Positions 1-8,822 of a stretch of 48,261 nucleotides of DNA are shown here, piece by piece. Source of the DNA: a virus. The translations under genes were made by a program, and so were the position numbers. The notes under the pieces are model-generated. The model searched no databases and was not told where the DNA came from. It saw only the letters and a program-made list of their open reading frames with translations. The stretch's first letter is position 1, and each line of letters begins with the position of its first letter. The DNA lies in the IMG/VR virus record IMGVR_UViG_3300045988_064045, positions 1 to 48,261 of that record. One strand, given 5' to 3'.

Positions 1-55
1 CTGAGGTGTTCGCGTTCTCTGCGGACTCAGATGCACTAGTAGCGGAAGCAGCACT
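1..55. repeat. 55-bp terminal direct repeat (identical to 48207..48261); circular-assembly overlap or terminal redundancy
   Basis: nt 1-55 (ctgaggtgttcgcg...gcagcact) are identical to the last 55 nt of the window. A 55-nt overlap is typical of a k-mer-sized circular-contig artefact. Confidence 0.9.
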
Positions 56-724
56 TGCTTCTTTACTCTCTCTAGCTTCAGAGACATAGCCATTGAACTT
101 GGTGTTGTACTCAGTAGCATCTGCATTGAACTGCTGGACAGTGTAGTCAACATCTGCCTTCTGTGCCTTCACAGACTCAAGGATGTTCTTAGATGTATCA
201 GCATCTGCCTTAGCATTGTCACTGTAAGACTTCGCGCTGTCACGGTAGCCCTCGGCATCTACTTTGGCATTCACAGCGTTAGTAGAAGCAGTGAGCGCAG
301 AAGCAGCACTCTCCTTAGACTTATTTGCAAAAGTCTCAGCTACCTGCGCGTTCTCTGCTACACTAGAAGCAATCCCACTTACTGTATCAGATACTGCAGT
401 CACTTGTTTTAAATAATTGTTCTCCTCAGTAGCGGAACTAGAAGATGCCTCTGCGAACTGTCCTGCATGTGTCACCTTCTCATCGATTGAGGAGATACCC
501 TCACGAGCAGCATCGGCACTCGCCTTTGCACTTGCAGCACTAGAAGCTGCGCTCTCAGCATCCTTCTTGACCAACTCACTGTAAGACTTCGCGTTCTCAG
601 CATAAGTCTTAGATGATGCCTCTGCATCAATTACTGCTTGAGGAAGGTAAGCATCACTGATGCGACCATTCTCACCGAGGATCGGGACCCTTGCTTTCTT
701 GTTAGTAGTTGAGATGTCGGCCAT
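1..724 (-). CDS. Ala/Ser/Asn-rich fibrous protein (tail-fibre or neck-appendage-like), 5' portion; ORF wraps the junction and continues at 48206..47962 (about 322 aa in total)
   Basis: ATG at 724..722 preceded by GAGGAGG (731-737, minus strand). Open frame runs off nt 1 and is in the same frame as the 47962..48150 track ORF once the 55-nt duplicate is removed. Translation is MADISTTNKKARVPILGENGRISDAYLPQAVIDAEASSKTYAENAKSYSELVKK... with repeated AKSYS(E/D)NAK coiled-coil heptads. Not in the ORF track because it has no in-window stop. Confidence 0.55.
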   Translation of the reverse strand, partial: MADISTTNKKARVPILGENGRISDAYLPQAVIDAEASSKTYAENAKSYSELVKKDAESAASSAASAKASADAAREGISSIDEKVTHAGQFAEASSSSATEENNYLKQVTAVSDTVSGIASSVAENAQVAETFANKSKESAASALTASTNAVNAKVDAEGYRDSAKSYSDNAKADADTSKNILESVKAQKADVDYTVQQFNADATEYNTKFNGYVSEARESKEASAASATSASESAENANTS

Positions 725-725
725 C

Positions 726-1451
726 TTATGCCTCCTCTAGATTCATATAGATAGACCCTCCATCGGAGGATTCAAGGAATGCCGGATACTGGACAATGAT
801 CGCGTCATCTGCAGTGGGATCTGGATACGCGTAGAAGACACGGTCAGCAGCCGCTTGCGCCGCCTTGTTTGCCAGGTCAGCTGCGTCATTGGCGTTCTTA
901 GTCGCCTTGTTCGCGTCCTGTGTAGCCTTCTCAGAAGATTGTATCGAGCCTTGCATCCTCTCGACCAATGGATCTACTTTAGACAACGCCTCTGTGATGT
1001 CTTGCTTTGCCTGTTCAATCTCTGTCTCATAGCCGGTGACTTTACCTAGAGCATCTTGGATGTCACCCCAGATGTCCTTCACGTCATCTTCTACTTCACC
1101 AGCATCTACACTGCCAGACTTGACTACCTTCAGACGGTTGAGCATCTTTGCTGTGACCATTCGAAGTTCACTGCCCTTGTAACCAAGTACAGATACTTCT
1201 AGCTCACTGCCATCTTCATCAATCAAAGTAGACGGTATTTTTAAATAGGGCGGCTCATAGACAAACCGCTTGGGGTCATCTACTCCATTTGACAATATCA
1301 CCTGCTTTGTAAGACCGTCCCACTCTGAGTCGAAGTCAATCTTTATAGCATCTACATTGATGCCGTTCTGGACAATGAACTTACCAGACATGATGGTGAT
1401 GAGTCGCTGGTCTACACTCAACACATGCAGGCACAGTTCTCGATCATTCAT
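726..1451 (-). CDS. hypothetical structural or fibre-associated protein with Ala-rich C-terminal coiled coil
   Basis: 241-aa ORF. ATG at 1451 with GGAGG 8 nt upstream. C-terminal third (IEQAKQDITEALSKV...ANKAAQAAADR) is compositionally like the adjacent fibrous protein. Confidence 0.5.
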   Translation of the reverse strand: MNDRELCLHVLSVDQRLITIMSGKFIVQNGINVDAIKIDFDSEWDGLTKQVILSNGVDDPKRFVYEPPYLKIPSTLIDEDGSELEVSVLGYKGSELRMVTAKMLNRLKVVKSGSVDAGEVEDDVKDIWGDIQDALGKVTGYETEIEQAKQDITEALSKVDPLVERMQGSIQSSEKATQDANKATKNANDAADLANKAAQAAADRVFYAYPDPTADDAIIVQYPAFLESSDGGSIYMNLEEA

Positions 1452-1454
1452 CTT

Positions 1455-1919
1455 CTACACCTCCTTCTTCAACACTGCTATGTGGATGTCTCCTACTTTG
1501 GTGCTTATGTCATGCACCTCGTCTTGTATCTCATCCACTTTGGATCCAAGCTCGTTTGAGTGACTCTTTGAGTCAAGTATCTGAGCCCTTATGACTTCGT
1601 TCTGCATCTCCATGTTGGAGATCTGTGAAGTCAATGCTTTGATCAGTTCAGACTGGTTAGACAGGATCTCGATCTGGTGTGCCATCTGGTCTACATTGGC
1701 TCTCCTTATGGACACGTCATCTTCTTGCCTACGTGCTTCTATCTCCAGTTGCTTGTTCTCTAGCTCATGCCTATGCTCACGGTCACGTTCTCTGGCTGGG
1801 ATGTAGTACTTAGCCATGATGTAGACAATTGCTACGATCACCAGCGCTGCTACTATTATGTCACCAGTAGCTTTCTCAAGTGATCTGCCAATGGCATCCC
1901 AGAAGTTCTCAGGTGGCAT
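1455..1919 (-). CDS. membrane-anchored coiled-coil protein (one TM then a long helical region); function unknown
   Basis: Track ORF 1455..2012. The first 31 aa (MQLGGLRCHLVAS...) are the translation of the palindromic element at 1982-1996. The likely start is ATG at 1919 (MPPENFW) with AGGAGG just upstream. TM segment IIVAALVIVAIVYIM is followed by a heptad-rich region. Confidence 0.45.
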   Translation of the reverse strand: MPPENFWDAIGRSLEKATGDIIVAALVIVAIVYIMAKYYIPARERDREHRHELENKQLEIEARRQEDDVSIRRANVDQMAHQIEILSNQSELIKALTSQISNMEMQNEVIRAQILDSKSHSNELGSKVDEIQDEVHDISTKVGDIHIAVLKKEV

Positions 1920-2022
1920 TCGTCCTCCTAGCTTCATTGCTTGTAATGCTAATGGGGACTTGCCCCTTTCTCTTGAAGCAACCAGATGACATCTGAGGCC
2001 ACCTAACTGCACCTACTATTAT

Positions 2023-2703
2023 CTATACCTTAATGACATTGAAAGGACCCCAGGTAGCTTCTGAGAGGTCCTCACGGGTGAATGGTGTTATGGAGTTGGT
2101 CCCATCATCTGGATCACGTAAGTAGATGTTCCCATCGGCTACTTTGTAGACCAACACGATATGTGATTGGTACGTCCTCTCACCGAGCTTACCAGACATA
2201 GATGCAATGCATACTGCACCATTGGAGACTTCATCCAATGCGGAATCAAAGTCCCATGTCTCTCCATCCCACTTGACATTCCATTCCTTAGACGCGTACT
2301 CACACATCCGGTCTGGATCGGTCATGGAGTCTGTGATCCAGTTCTCATTGCCGATACCAGCTAACTTATCTGGAGTCACATGACTACCATTCAAGTATTC
2401 CAGTGCCATGCACAGAGACACAAGCCCGCATCCATTGTCACCTACAGTACCACCAGCGTAGAAGACGTCTTTCCAACTTGGATCCTTCTGTAAGTATAGT
2501 GGGATGCTGCCCTTGCCATTTTTAATATCACCGGCTACATGCTGCTTGTGTTCAAAGAAGTTCTTCTCAGCTTCGGCTCCATCTTTGTATCCAATGGTGT
2601 ATTGCTCCTGTTGGTACCAGATGGAGAAGTAACTGGATGGGATCCAAAAGACCGAAGCAAGCAGGATGCCAACCAGAATGTACCATTTGCGACTCATGCC
2701 CAC
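2023..2703 (-). CDS. peptidase C39-like (papain-fold Cys peptidase) domain protein with N-terminal signal/TM anchor
   Basis: N-terminal hydrophobic stretch WYILVGILLASVFWI. GDNGCGLVSLCMALEYL matches the catalytic-Cys motif of C39-like peptidases, with a downstream His in SHIVLVYKV. Confidence 0.4.
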   Translation of the reverse strand: MGMSRKWYILVGILLASVFWIPSSYFSIWYQQEQYTIGYKDGAEAEKNFFEHKQHVAGDIKNGKGSIPLYLQKDPSWKDVFYAGGTVGDNGCGLVSLCMALEYLNGSHVTPDKLAGIGNENWITDSMTDPDRMCEYASKEWNVKWDGETWDFDSALDEVSNGAVCIASMSGKLGERTYQSHIVLVYKVADGNIYLRDPDDGTNSITPFTREDLSEATWGPFNVIKV

Positions 2704-4163
2704 TGGCCTTTCTTCGAATAGTATTCCCTGTCTTTGAGATCGGCTACTGTGACGGTGTCCAATGCATACCAGATAGCACTGAAGCTGTGTGGGTCAATGT
2801 TGAACTGATCCGGGATCATATCACCGTTCTTTGCTTTAGCATAAGTCAAGTCTGATAGTTCCCTGATCACATTGACACACCTACGATGGCACAGTATCCG
2901 TTGGAACCTCTTCACCTTACGGGTGTTAGAGAGGCGAGAACCTGCAAACTTGTTCCTGCATGCTCTGATCTCGAATCCCTTCTGACGGTAGTAAGTTATC
3001 GCCTTGGGGTCTTCATTATCTGCAATGATGGGGACTGGGTTACCAGATTCTCTTGCTCTCTTCTGTAGCTCCTTCAACCGTAGCATCTCTGGTAGTTCTG
3101 CGAACTTGTCGTCTGTGACATGGTTCATGTAGATCTCATCCCAGATGTAGAGAGTCTGCTTCTCTTGGTCTACACTCATGAACACCACAGCATTGAAAGA
3201 CTCCTCGAAGCCGAAGTCAAAGCCGATATACATGTTCCTGTAGCCCAAGCTACGGATATGCTCCATAGTCCTGTTCTCGATCATACCATGATGGATCACT
3301 CTGAACTGTGGTAGCACCTTAGTACCAGAAACTCCGAATTCTCCCCAGCGAGCGACCTTATACAGTGGCGGATCGTAGTTCCTGATACCGTCTAGTCGAG
3401 CTAAGTATCTGATAGGTAGCCAAGGGTTGTCACTTGGTATACTGTGGTGGTAATAGATACCATCATGGACTAAGCACTTCTTGTTGTAGAACTCTACTGG
3501 GTCTACTATGACTCTCTGTGTACCGTCATTATTGAGAGCTACAAAGAAGTGTGTATAGATCCAGTTACTTGTTGATACTGGGTTGGTAGTCAGGAAGAAG
3601 TGCATTGACACGTTTGGAGTTCGAAGGCGTCCTAGCAGCTCCTCATATCCAGAAAACTTCACCTCGGAAGCTTCCTCCAACCAGACAATCGAGATGCCAT
3701 TGATAGACTTGATCTTCTCCGGGTTGTCCATACCCTTGAAGATTATCTCTGAACCATTGGGGAACAGGATACTCATAGGAGACTTCTTAGCATACACCTT
3801 GTTGTTCTTAGGCGATAACTTGTTCCTGTCTTCAGTCAACAGATGCATGTCTTCGAGGATCTCTTTGAACAGAGAGAACGTGGAGTCATTGTGAGTAGCA
3901 GCTACTTCACGTACTACCAAGCACTTCCTCTTCTCAGACAAGAGTTTAAAAATGATCTTGAGGGCTACATGGTAGGACTTTCCAGAACCGTAGCCACCGA
4001 CCAGGAGATATGTCTCGTAGTTCCAGTCAAACAAGAAGTTTGCGAATGCTGGTCCCACCGGCTTGGTTATCTTCATTGTACCTTGCTTGGACCTAGTCAC
4101 CGCCCTACTACTTGACTTAGATCCATACCTACGATCAGATATCATCTTCCTCTTCCCAGTCAT
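2694..4163 (-). CDS. terL: terminase large subunit (PBSX/SPP1-type)
   Basis: Walker A LLVGGYGSGKSY. Nuclease-domain motif region MYIGFDFGFEESFNAVVF. Size about 480 aa. Immediately follows the small subunit. Confidence 0.85.
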   Translation of the reverse strand: MTGKRKMISDRRYGSKSSSRAVTRSKQGTMKITKPVGPAFANFLFDWNYETYLLVGGYGSGKSYHVALKIIFKLLSEKRKCLVVREVAATHNDSTFSLFKEILEDMHLLTEDRNKLSPKNNKVYAKKSPMSILFPNGSEIIFKGMDNPEKIKSINGISIVWLEEASEVKFSGYEELLGRLRTPNVSMHFFLTTNPVSTSNWIYTHFFVALNNDGTQRVIVDPVEFYNKKCLVHDGIYYHHSIPSDNPWLPIRYLARLDGIRNYDPPLYKVARWGEFGVSGTKVLPQFRVIHHGMIENRTMEHIRSLGYRNMYIGFDFGFEESFNAVVFMSVDQEKQTLYIWDEIYMNHVTDDKFAELPEMLRLKELQKRARESGNPVPIIADNEDPKAITYYRQKGFEIRACRNKFAGSRLSNTRKVKRFQRILCHRRCVNVIRELSDLTYAKAKNGDMIPDQFNIDPHSFSAIWYALDTVTVADLKDREYYSKKGQWA

Positions 4164-4851
4164 CTGGCCAGTAGTCTAGGTCTTCTTCTTCCTCTACTAC
4201 TGTGATCGGACGGCCTTTGCTGTCTCGATCCTTGTTCTCTTCCTTCTTCTTTTCCTTAGCTGCTTTCTTCTCCTCGGGAGTAGCTTTCCTCATCTCGATC
4301 GTCTTAGACTCAGGAGACTCAGTAGTCACTTCCGTCTTTGCGGAGGAGTCAGTAGCTTTTGTCACCTCGATGTGGATCGAAGAGTCATCAAGCATGTCTT
4401 CGAAGCTGATCTTCGACTCTGGTCTCCACTTGTCAGGTCGACGGTTCATAAGCCACATCTTGATAGCTGCTACACTCGGAGGCTCTTCTCGATTGGTAAC
4501 CTCTTCAGTCTGTTCGACTACGATTCCACGTCGCATGACAGTCGTTGTCTTGACCTCAGTGACTGGATGTCCGAGAGCTGCTTTCAGTAGTGCATTCTCG
4601 ACTTTGTAGTCTATGACGTCCCTCGAATCTCTCAATGCGAGTGCGAACTCCGGGCTTTCTTCCAACCAGCGATAGAGAGTAGACTTCTTGATGCCCATCT
4701 CTTTTGCCAGCTCACCGTAACTGCATCCATCTCGAAGTAGACCCTGAATGAGGATCAGGTTGTGCTCTTCTAGCCAGTAGTCCAATGAAGTCTCATCTCG
4801 TTTGGACTTAGCAGCAGAAGCAACCAAAGCCTTCGTGAGATTGTTCCTCAT
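4135..4851 (-). CDS. terS: terminase small subunit (HTH DNA-binding) with acidic DDW C-terminal tail
   Basis: HTH CSYGELAKEMGIKKSTLYRWLE. Position directly upstream of terL. C-terminus EEEDLDYWPDDWEEEDDI. Confidence 0.7.
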   Translation of the reverse strand: MRNNLTKALVASAAKSKRDETSLDYWLEEHNLILIQGLLRDGCSYGELAKEMGIKKSTLYRWLEESPEFALALRDSRDVIDYKVENALLKAALGHPVTEVKTTTVMRRGIVVEQTEEVTNREEPPSVAAIKMWLMNRRPDKWRPESKISFEDMLDDSSIHIEVTKATDSSAKTEVTTESPESKTIEMRKATPEEKKAAKEKKKEENKDRDSKGRPITVVEEEEDLDYWPDDWEEEDDI

Positions 4852-4925
4852 CTATGCTCCTAGCTGTTTATACAGCAATAGGAGAGCTGTAAGCCCTCCT
4901 GTCGCGTACTTCTATGTCAGTTCTT

Positions 4926-5303
4926 CTAGATTACCAGATCACCTACTGAGTTAGTCACCACGTACTTTGCTCTGCCGAACGAGTTCAGCTCGGATGCGAC
5001 TTTCTTTGCTTCGTTGTAAGTAAGATCAATCTTACCGATACTGAGACTTCCACTTGCTTTCTGTTGAGCAATACGGAACTTCGTCTCGTTTTTAAAATAG
5101 TCAACCAACTCGTCTTTGTCTACCAGGAAGTAGTAGAGACCCTCACCCTCATTGTAGATGACGCCTTTTGCTACAAGAGAGGAGAGGACTCCGCGCCACT
5201 TCTTGTCTCGATAGTCGATGTACGAATCGTCGATGTATCCGGTACCGTCATCGAACGTAGATTCGATCCATTCTCTCTCGAGCTCGGTGATGCTGATAGC
5301 CAT
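4926..5303 (-). CDS. hypothetical protein
   Basis: 125-aa ORF with RBS GGAGGGAAAC before ATG at 5303. No recognisable motifs. Confidence 0.4.
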   Translation of the reverse strand: MAISITELEREWIESTFDDGTGYIDDSYIDYRDKKWRGVLSSLVAKGVIYNEGEGLYYFLVDKDELVDYFKNETKFRIAQQKASGSLSIGKIDLTYNEAKKVASELNSFGRAKYVVTNSVGDLVI

Positions 5304-5339
5304 CTTGTTTCCCTCCTAGGAACTTTGCTTTGGCCTTCT

Positions 5340-5365
5340 AGCCAAAGAACCTTAGGGGCCTTTCG
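5340..5365 (-). terminator. stem-loop (TTAGGGG-N8-CCCCTAA) followed by a U-rich run on the minus strand; putative intrinsic terminator
   Basis: Plus strand reads ccttaggggcctttcgacccctaaag. On the minus strand the hairpin is followed by GGUUCUUUGG. Confidence 0.4.
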
Positions 5366-5392
5366 ACCCCTAAAGTAATTATACCATAAGTC

Positions 5393-5986
5393 TTATAGAT
5401 TGTAAACAAGAGCTTTCTTGTTATAGAAAGAGATCTGGTAGTGCTTACCACCATTCCAGTCGAAGTAGACTGCCAGAGACTTGATGTCTTCCTCTTTGAC
5501 TCGCTTGTAGCCGGGGACCTTCTTGAGGAACTTCTTGATCTCAGACTTGCTCACATTCAGATACCTGTCGTAGTTGCAGTTTCTGTTGGAGAACCTTTCG
5601 TAACGCTTCTCGCTGACTTCCTTGGAGAACTCCTCGTCAGTCGTGTAAGCATTGTTGTCGTTGTTGAGCTTCTTGGAGACACTGTAGAAGATCTCCTTCT
5701 TGACTTCATCGCCATTACCGATCCAAGCCGTCTGCATCGAATTGAAGAACTCGAAGCCAAAGTCGAAGTCCTCTACCAGATAGACAAGATTGCCGTAGAT
5801 GTGCTCATTTGACAAGGTGATCGAGAACATCCTGGTCTTGCCGTCCTTGACCAATGCAAACTTGAATATCTCGCCCTGATGGCCACAGTTGAATGCTGGA
5901 TTGACCATCCAGCCATTTGCAATGTGAGCCGCGATGTCATCAGTGGCGATCTTGGTGATCTCGTTGGTCTTGATGATGTTCTTCAT
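5393..5986 (-). CDS. hypothetical protein (about 197 aa)
   Basis: Track ORF 5393..6124, but its first 46 aa overlap a separately initiated small ORF. The likely start is ATG at 5986 (MKNIIKTNEITK) with GAAGGGAAAG upstream. Confidence 0.4.
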   Translation of the reverse strand: MKNIIKTNEITKIATDDIAAHIANGWMVNPAFNCGHQGEIFKFALVKDGKTRMFSITLSNEHIYGNLVYLVEDFDFGFEFFNSMQTAWIGNGDEVKKEIFYSVSKKLNNDNNAYTTDEEFSKEVSEKRYERFSNRNCNYDRYLNVSKSEIKKFLKKVPGYKRVKEEDIKSLAVYFDWNGGKHYQISFYNKKALVYNL

Positions 5987-6026
5987 TGTCTTTCCCTTCT
6001 CTAAGGACTTTACTTGATGTTCTGGA

Positions 6027-6191
6027 CTAGCGCTGCTCGAGATACTCGGCAACCTTGACTGCACGCTCGAAAGAATCGACGACCTCGAACTCACCAGAGG
6101 CGGTGGTGATGTGGAAGGAATCAAAGTCGTCTTTCCAGATGATGGTCTGGTTGTCGTTTTCCCACTTGGTGCCGCTGATCTTGTTGAACAT
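6027..6191 (-). CDS. small unlisted ORF (about 54 aa, MFNKISGTKWENDNQTIIWKDDFDSFHITTASGEFEVVDSFERAVKVAEYLEQR)
   Basis: Strong RBS CTAGGAGGCAAAAG immediately before ATG (about 6190). Below the 60-aa track threshold. Lies 50 nt downstream of extended -10 promoter a. Confidence 0.45.
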   Translation of the reverse strand: MFNKISGTKWENDNQTIIWKDDFDSFHITTASGEFEVVDSFERAVKVAEYLEQR

Positions 6192-6240
6192 CTTTTGCCT
6201 CCTAGCTACTTTGGAAAACCCCTTGTTTTCCTCTACAAGA

Positions 6241-6256
6241 ATATATTATCACAGTT
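6241..6256 (-). promoter_or_regulatory. extended -10 promoter (TGT GATAAT) on the minus strand, family member a
   Basis: Plus strand atatattatcacag gives minus-strand cTGTGATAATatat. An A-tract and TTGCTGATTCTG lie upstream, as at site f. Confidence 0.45.
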
Positions 6257-6332
6257 TCTGTGCAGAATACCACAGAATCAGCAAGTTTTTCAACTTTTTC
6301 TTGCTTGACTTCGAAGTACTTTCTGTTGTAGA

Positions 6333-6632
6333 CTAAGCTACAACGCCTTCCTTCTCGTAGTAGTTGATGCGACCGTTGTTGTTGTAGACACAGCTCATAG
6401 GCTTCACGAAACAATCGGAGTTCTTACCAATGCACTCGAACTCGTTCGCATCAAACTTACCAGCCTTGAGGGTTACCTTCTTGCCATCCTCGGTGGCGAA
6501 GACCAGACGCTTAGAAGCAGTCTCTTTGACGAAGTTGATCTTCTCGTAATTGACTGCCATGCCAGAAGCAGTCTCGCAAATGATGAGCTGGTCGCCATTC
6601 TCGATCGCGTTGAAGAGTTCGAACTTTTTCAT
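6333..6632 (-). CDS. hypothetical protein (99 aa)
   Basis: ATG at 6632 preceded by AGGAGG. Promoter b lies 50 nt upstream. Confidence 0.45.
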   Translation of the reverse strand: MKKFELFNAIENGDQLIICETASGMAVNYEKINFVKETASKRLVFATEDGKKVTLKAGKFDANEFECIGKNSDCFVKPMSCVYNNNGRINYYEKEGVVA

Positions 6633-6683
6633 CTCTTGGCCTCCTAGCCACTTTCCGAGGGACCGTTTCCCTCATCACGTATT

Positions 6684-6696
6684 CATTATATCACAC
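6684..6696 (-). promoter_or_regulatory. extended -10 promoter TGTGATATAATG, family member b
   Basis: Plus strand cattatatcacac gives minus-strand gTGTGATATAATg. Sits upstream of the 6333..6632 gene. Confidence 0.55.
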
Positions 6697-6740
6697 TTCT
6701 ACCTAGAATACGTGCAAAACTGCCAAGAATATGCATGTTT

Positions 6741-6914
6741 TTAGTGCATTAGCACGTAGATCAGCTTCATGATTCCGATGACTATCACTACCGGGGTGAA
6801 GAAACAGACGGCAGTCTCGAACACCACGGCGAGTATCCAGATGATCTGGTAGATCGTCCTAGCCACCACATAGTCCCACTTGTCCCTGAACTTCTTAAAG
6901 TCCTTGTAAGCCAT
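6741..6914 (-). CDS. small membrane protein (about 57 aa)
   Basis: Track ORF 6741..7058. The N-terminal part translates the conserved stem-loop element at 6934-6961 (HLVAS), so the likely start is ATG at 6914 (MAYKDFKKF...). TM segment IIWILAVVFETAVCFFTPVVIVIGIM. Confidence 0.35.
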   Translation of the reverse strand: MAYKDFKKFRDKWDYVVARTIYQIIWILAVVFETAVCFFTPVVIVIGIMKLIYVLMH

Positions 6915-7035
6915 GATCTTCCCTTGCCCCTGTGAGGCCACCAGATGCTTTCTAAGGCCCCTTGAGTTCTTTTGATATGTATCTACCCTAACATGCGTCC
7001 CGGGAAGCTCAGAAGGCACCTGGTACCTTCCCTTG

Positions 7036-7473
7036 TTATCTCGTGTACCCATTGTCATAAAGCCAATCTTCTAGCTGTGCCATGTAGATGACCATGTCTT
7101 CCAAGTCTTCCTTCTTGACGTCTACTACATCACCGTTGACAGTGGTGAACTCCTTAGGAGGGATCGGCAAAGAAAGCGGCTTCGAGATCTCGTATGACAC
7201 CGCGATGCCGAAGACACTCGCGAAGTCCAAGAAGATGATGAACCCTGATGCTGGCCCGAAGTAGAGACTGTGACCATCAGACCAAAGACCATCACCGAAA
7301 AGCAATGCTAGGATCGGAGTTGCTGCTAAGACAAACGTACTAATCTCTCGAAGGTTCTTCTTGAACCACTTGCCGAACCTCTCGAACTTGAATGCCATCG
7401 TGTTGCACAACGACTTGAACAAGTTCCTCTTGTCCTGCTTCTTCTCTACTCGCATTCTAGCAACTCCTAACAA
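7036..7473 (-). CDS. membrane protein, function unknown
   Basis: 145 aa with two hydrophobic segments (ISTFVLAATPILALLF and GFIIFLDFASVFGIAV). Confidence 0.4.
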   Translation of the reverse strand: MLGVARMRVEKKQDKRNLFKSLCNTMAFKFERFGKWFKKNLREISTFVLAATPILALLFGDGLWSDGHSLYFGPASGFIIFLDFASVFGIAVSYEISKPLSLPIPPKEFTTVNGDVVDVKKEDLEDMVIYMAQLEDWLYDNGYTR

Positions 7474-8015
7474 GTCCTTGACTTGGTCTTCTTCTTCGCC
7501 AAGTCTCTCTGGCGGACTGCTTCTTGGTCTGCCATCTCGTTCATTATAACACCTGAATGGCCTTTGACCTTGTAGAACTTCATAGAATCTAAAGTATCTT
7601 TAGCAGAAACGACACAGTCGTACATCTCTCGCCAGATATCTGAGTTCTTGACCCTGTTTCCAGACTTGGTGAACCAGTCATTAGCAGCCCAGTTCATCAA
7701 CCATCCGTTGTTCATCGCGTTGACTACATATGCACTGTCTGAGTAGATGATTCCTGAACAAGAACAGTCATTCACGTAAGCAGCTTCATTGACGATGTAC
7801 TTCAATGCTTCTAGAGCTGCAGTCAACTCCATGCGGTTGTTAGTTGTCTCCTCACTGTAGCCACCGAACAAAGCTTCAGTCTGCTGAAGTCCCATGTTCT
7901 GTGACTCGTCAATGACTACTGCCCAACCACCTGGACCTGGGTTGCCACTACAAGCTCCATCGGTGTAAGCCGTAAATTGTCGGGTTGTAATTGTCTGCAT
8001 GTTGCCTGGCCACAA
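7467..8015 (-). CDS. rnhA: ribonuclease HI
   Basis: YTDGACSGNPGPGGWAVV ... TNNRMEL ... KVKGHSG ... NEMADQ: the canonical RNase HI catalytic motifs (D, E, D, H, D). Confidence 0.85.
   Translation of the reverse strand: MWPGNMQTITTRQFTAYTDGACSGNPGPGGWAVVIDESQNMGLQQTEALFGGYSEETTNNRMELTAALEALKYIVNEAAYVNDCSCSGIIYSDSAYVVNAMNNGWLMNWAANDWFTKSGNRVKNSDIWREMYDCVVSAKDTLDSMKFYKVKGHSGVIMNEMADQEAVRQRDLAKKKTKSRTC
7542..7553 (-). promoter_or_regulatory. extended -10 promoter TGTTATAAT, family member c, inside the 3' end of the RNase H ORF
   Basis: Plus strand cattataacacc gives minus-strand ggTGTTATAATg. Confidence 0.35.
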
Positions 8016-8373
8016 CCTTTCCCTCTTTCACAAGCAAGAATGCCATCAAAGCAGACTTTGCTTCTATGTCATACAGTGTCTCCGCGACGACCATGCTCAG
8101 ATACCCCTGAGGGACACTAGCTCTATTACAGAAGGTCCTCATGTACGAGAAAGTGTTATCACCCCTATTGGTGATCCTGATGGCATCTGGTAGCATCTGG
8201 TACTTTCTGGACGTACACTGGACGAAGTTCTCTACCAAGTCTATGTCTGGACGACCTTCACAGTCCGTTTTTAATATCTTCTTCAGGAAGTTGTACCCCA
8301 AAGTCTTGTACTCTGGTTCTTTCTCCCAGTCAGATTCACAGACTTCTTTGATCTTGTCTTCTCGTCTACCCAT
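7948..8373 (-). CDS. hypothetical protein (141 aa)
   Basis: ORF in the gene chain; no recognisable motifs. Confidence 0.35.
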   Translation of the reverse strand: MGRREDKIKEVCESDWEKEPEYKTLGYNFLKKILKTDCEGRPDIDLVENFVQCTSRKYQMLPDAIRITNRGDNTFSYMRTFCNRASVPQGYLSMVVAETLYDIEAKSALMAFLLVKEGKVVARQHADNYNPTIYGLHRWSL

Positions 8374-8822
8374 CAGATACCAGTGCTTCCGTAACCGTTC
8401 TCGCCACGGTCAGACATCGTCATGCTGTCAACTTTGACTACATCACCAGTCGTGTACGGGACCATGATGATCTGGGCAATGCGGTCACCCTTGTAGAAAC
8501 AAATGTTGTGACCTGTGTTGTTCATGAAAGTAGCACCGAGTTCTCCTCGGAAGCCAGAGTCGACAATGCCGACACCGTGAGTCAGACCAATGCCTTTCTT
8601 GCCAAGACCAGAACGACCAGCAAGAAGCCCGAAGTAACCGTCTGGTATCTCGAGCGCAATACCGAACGAGATGAACTTGTAACTGTGTGGCATTATCGTG
8701 ACGTTCTCTGCACACTTCAGATCAAAGCCTGCGTCACCGAGATGAGCTCGACTCGGCTCGAACAGATCTGGGTTCGGGTAGTCTAGACCCTTGCCTTTCG
8801 GCATCCACTTCAAGTCCATCAT
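8373..8822 (-). CDS. dut: dUTP diphosphatase (trimeric dUTPase)
   Basis: Motifs AGFDL, LLAGRSGLG, GIVDSGFRGE and C-terminal RGENGYGSTG. Confidence 0.85.
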   Translation of the reverse strand: MMDLKWMPKGKGLDYPNPDLFEPSRAHLGDAGFDLKCAENVTIMPHSYKFISFGIALEIPDGYFGLLAGRSGLGKKGIGLTHGVGIVDSGFRGELGATFMNNTGHNICFYKGDRIAQIIMVPYTTGDVVKVDSMTMSDRGENGYGSTGI

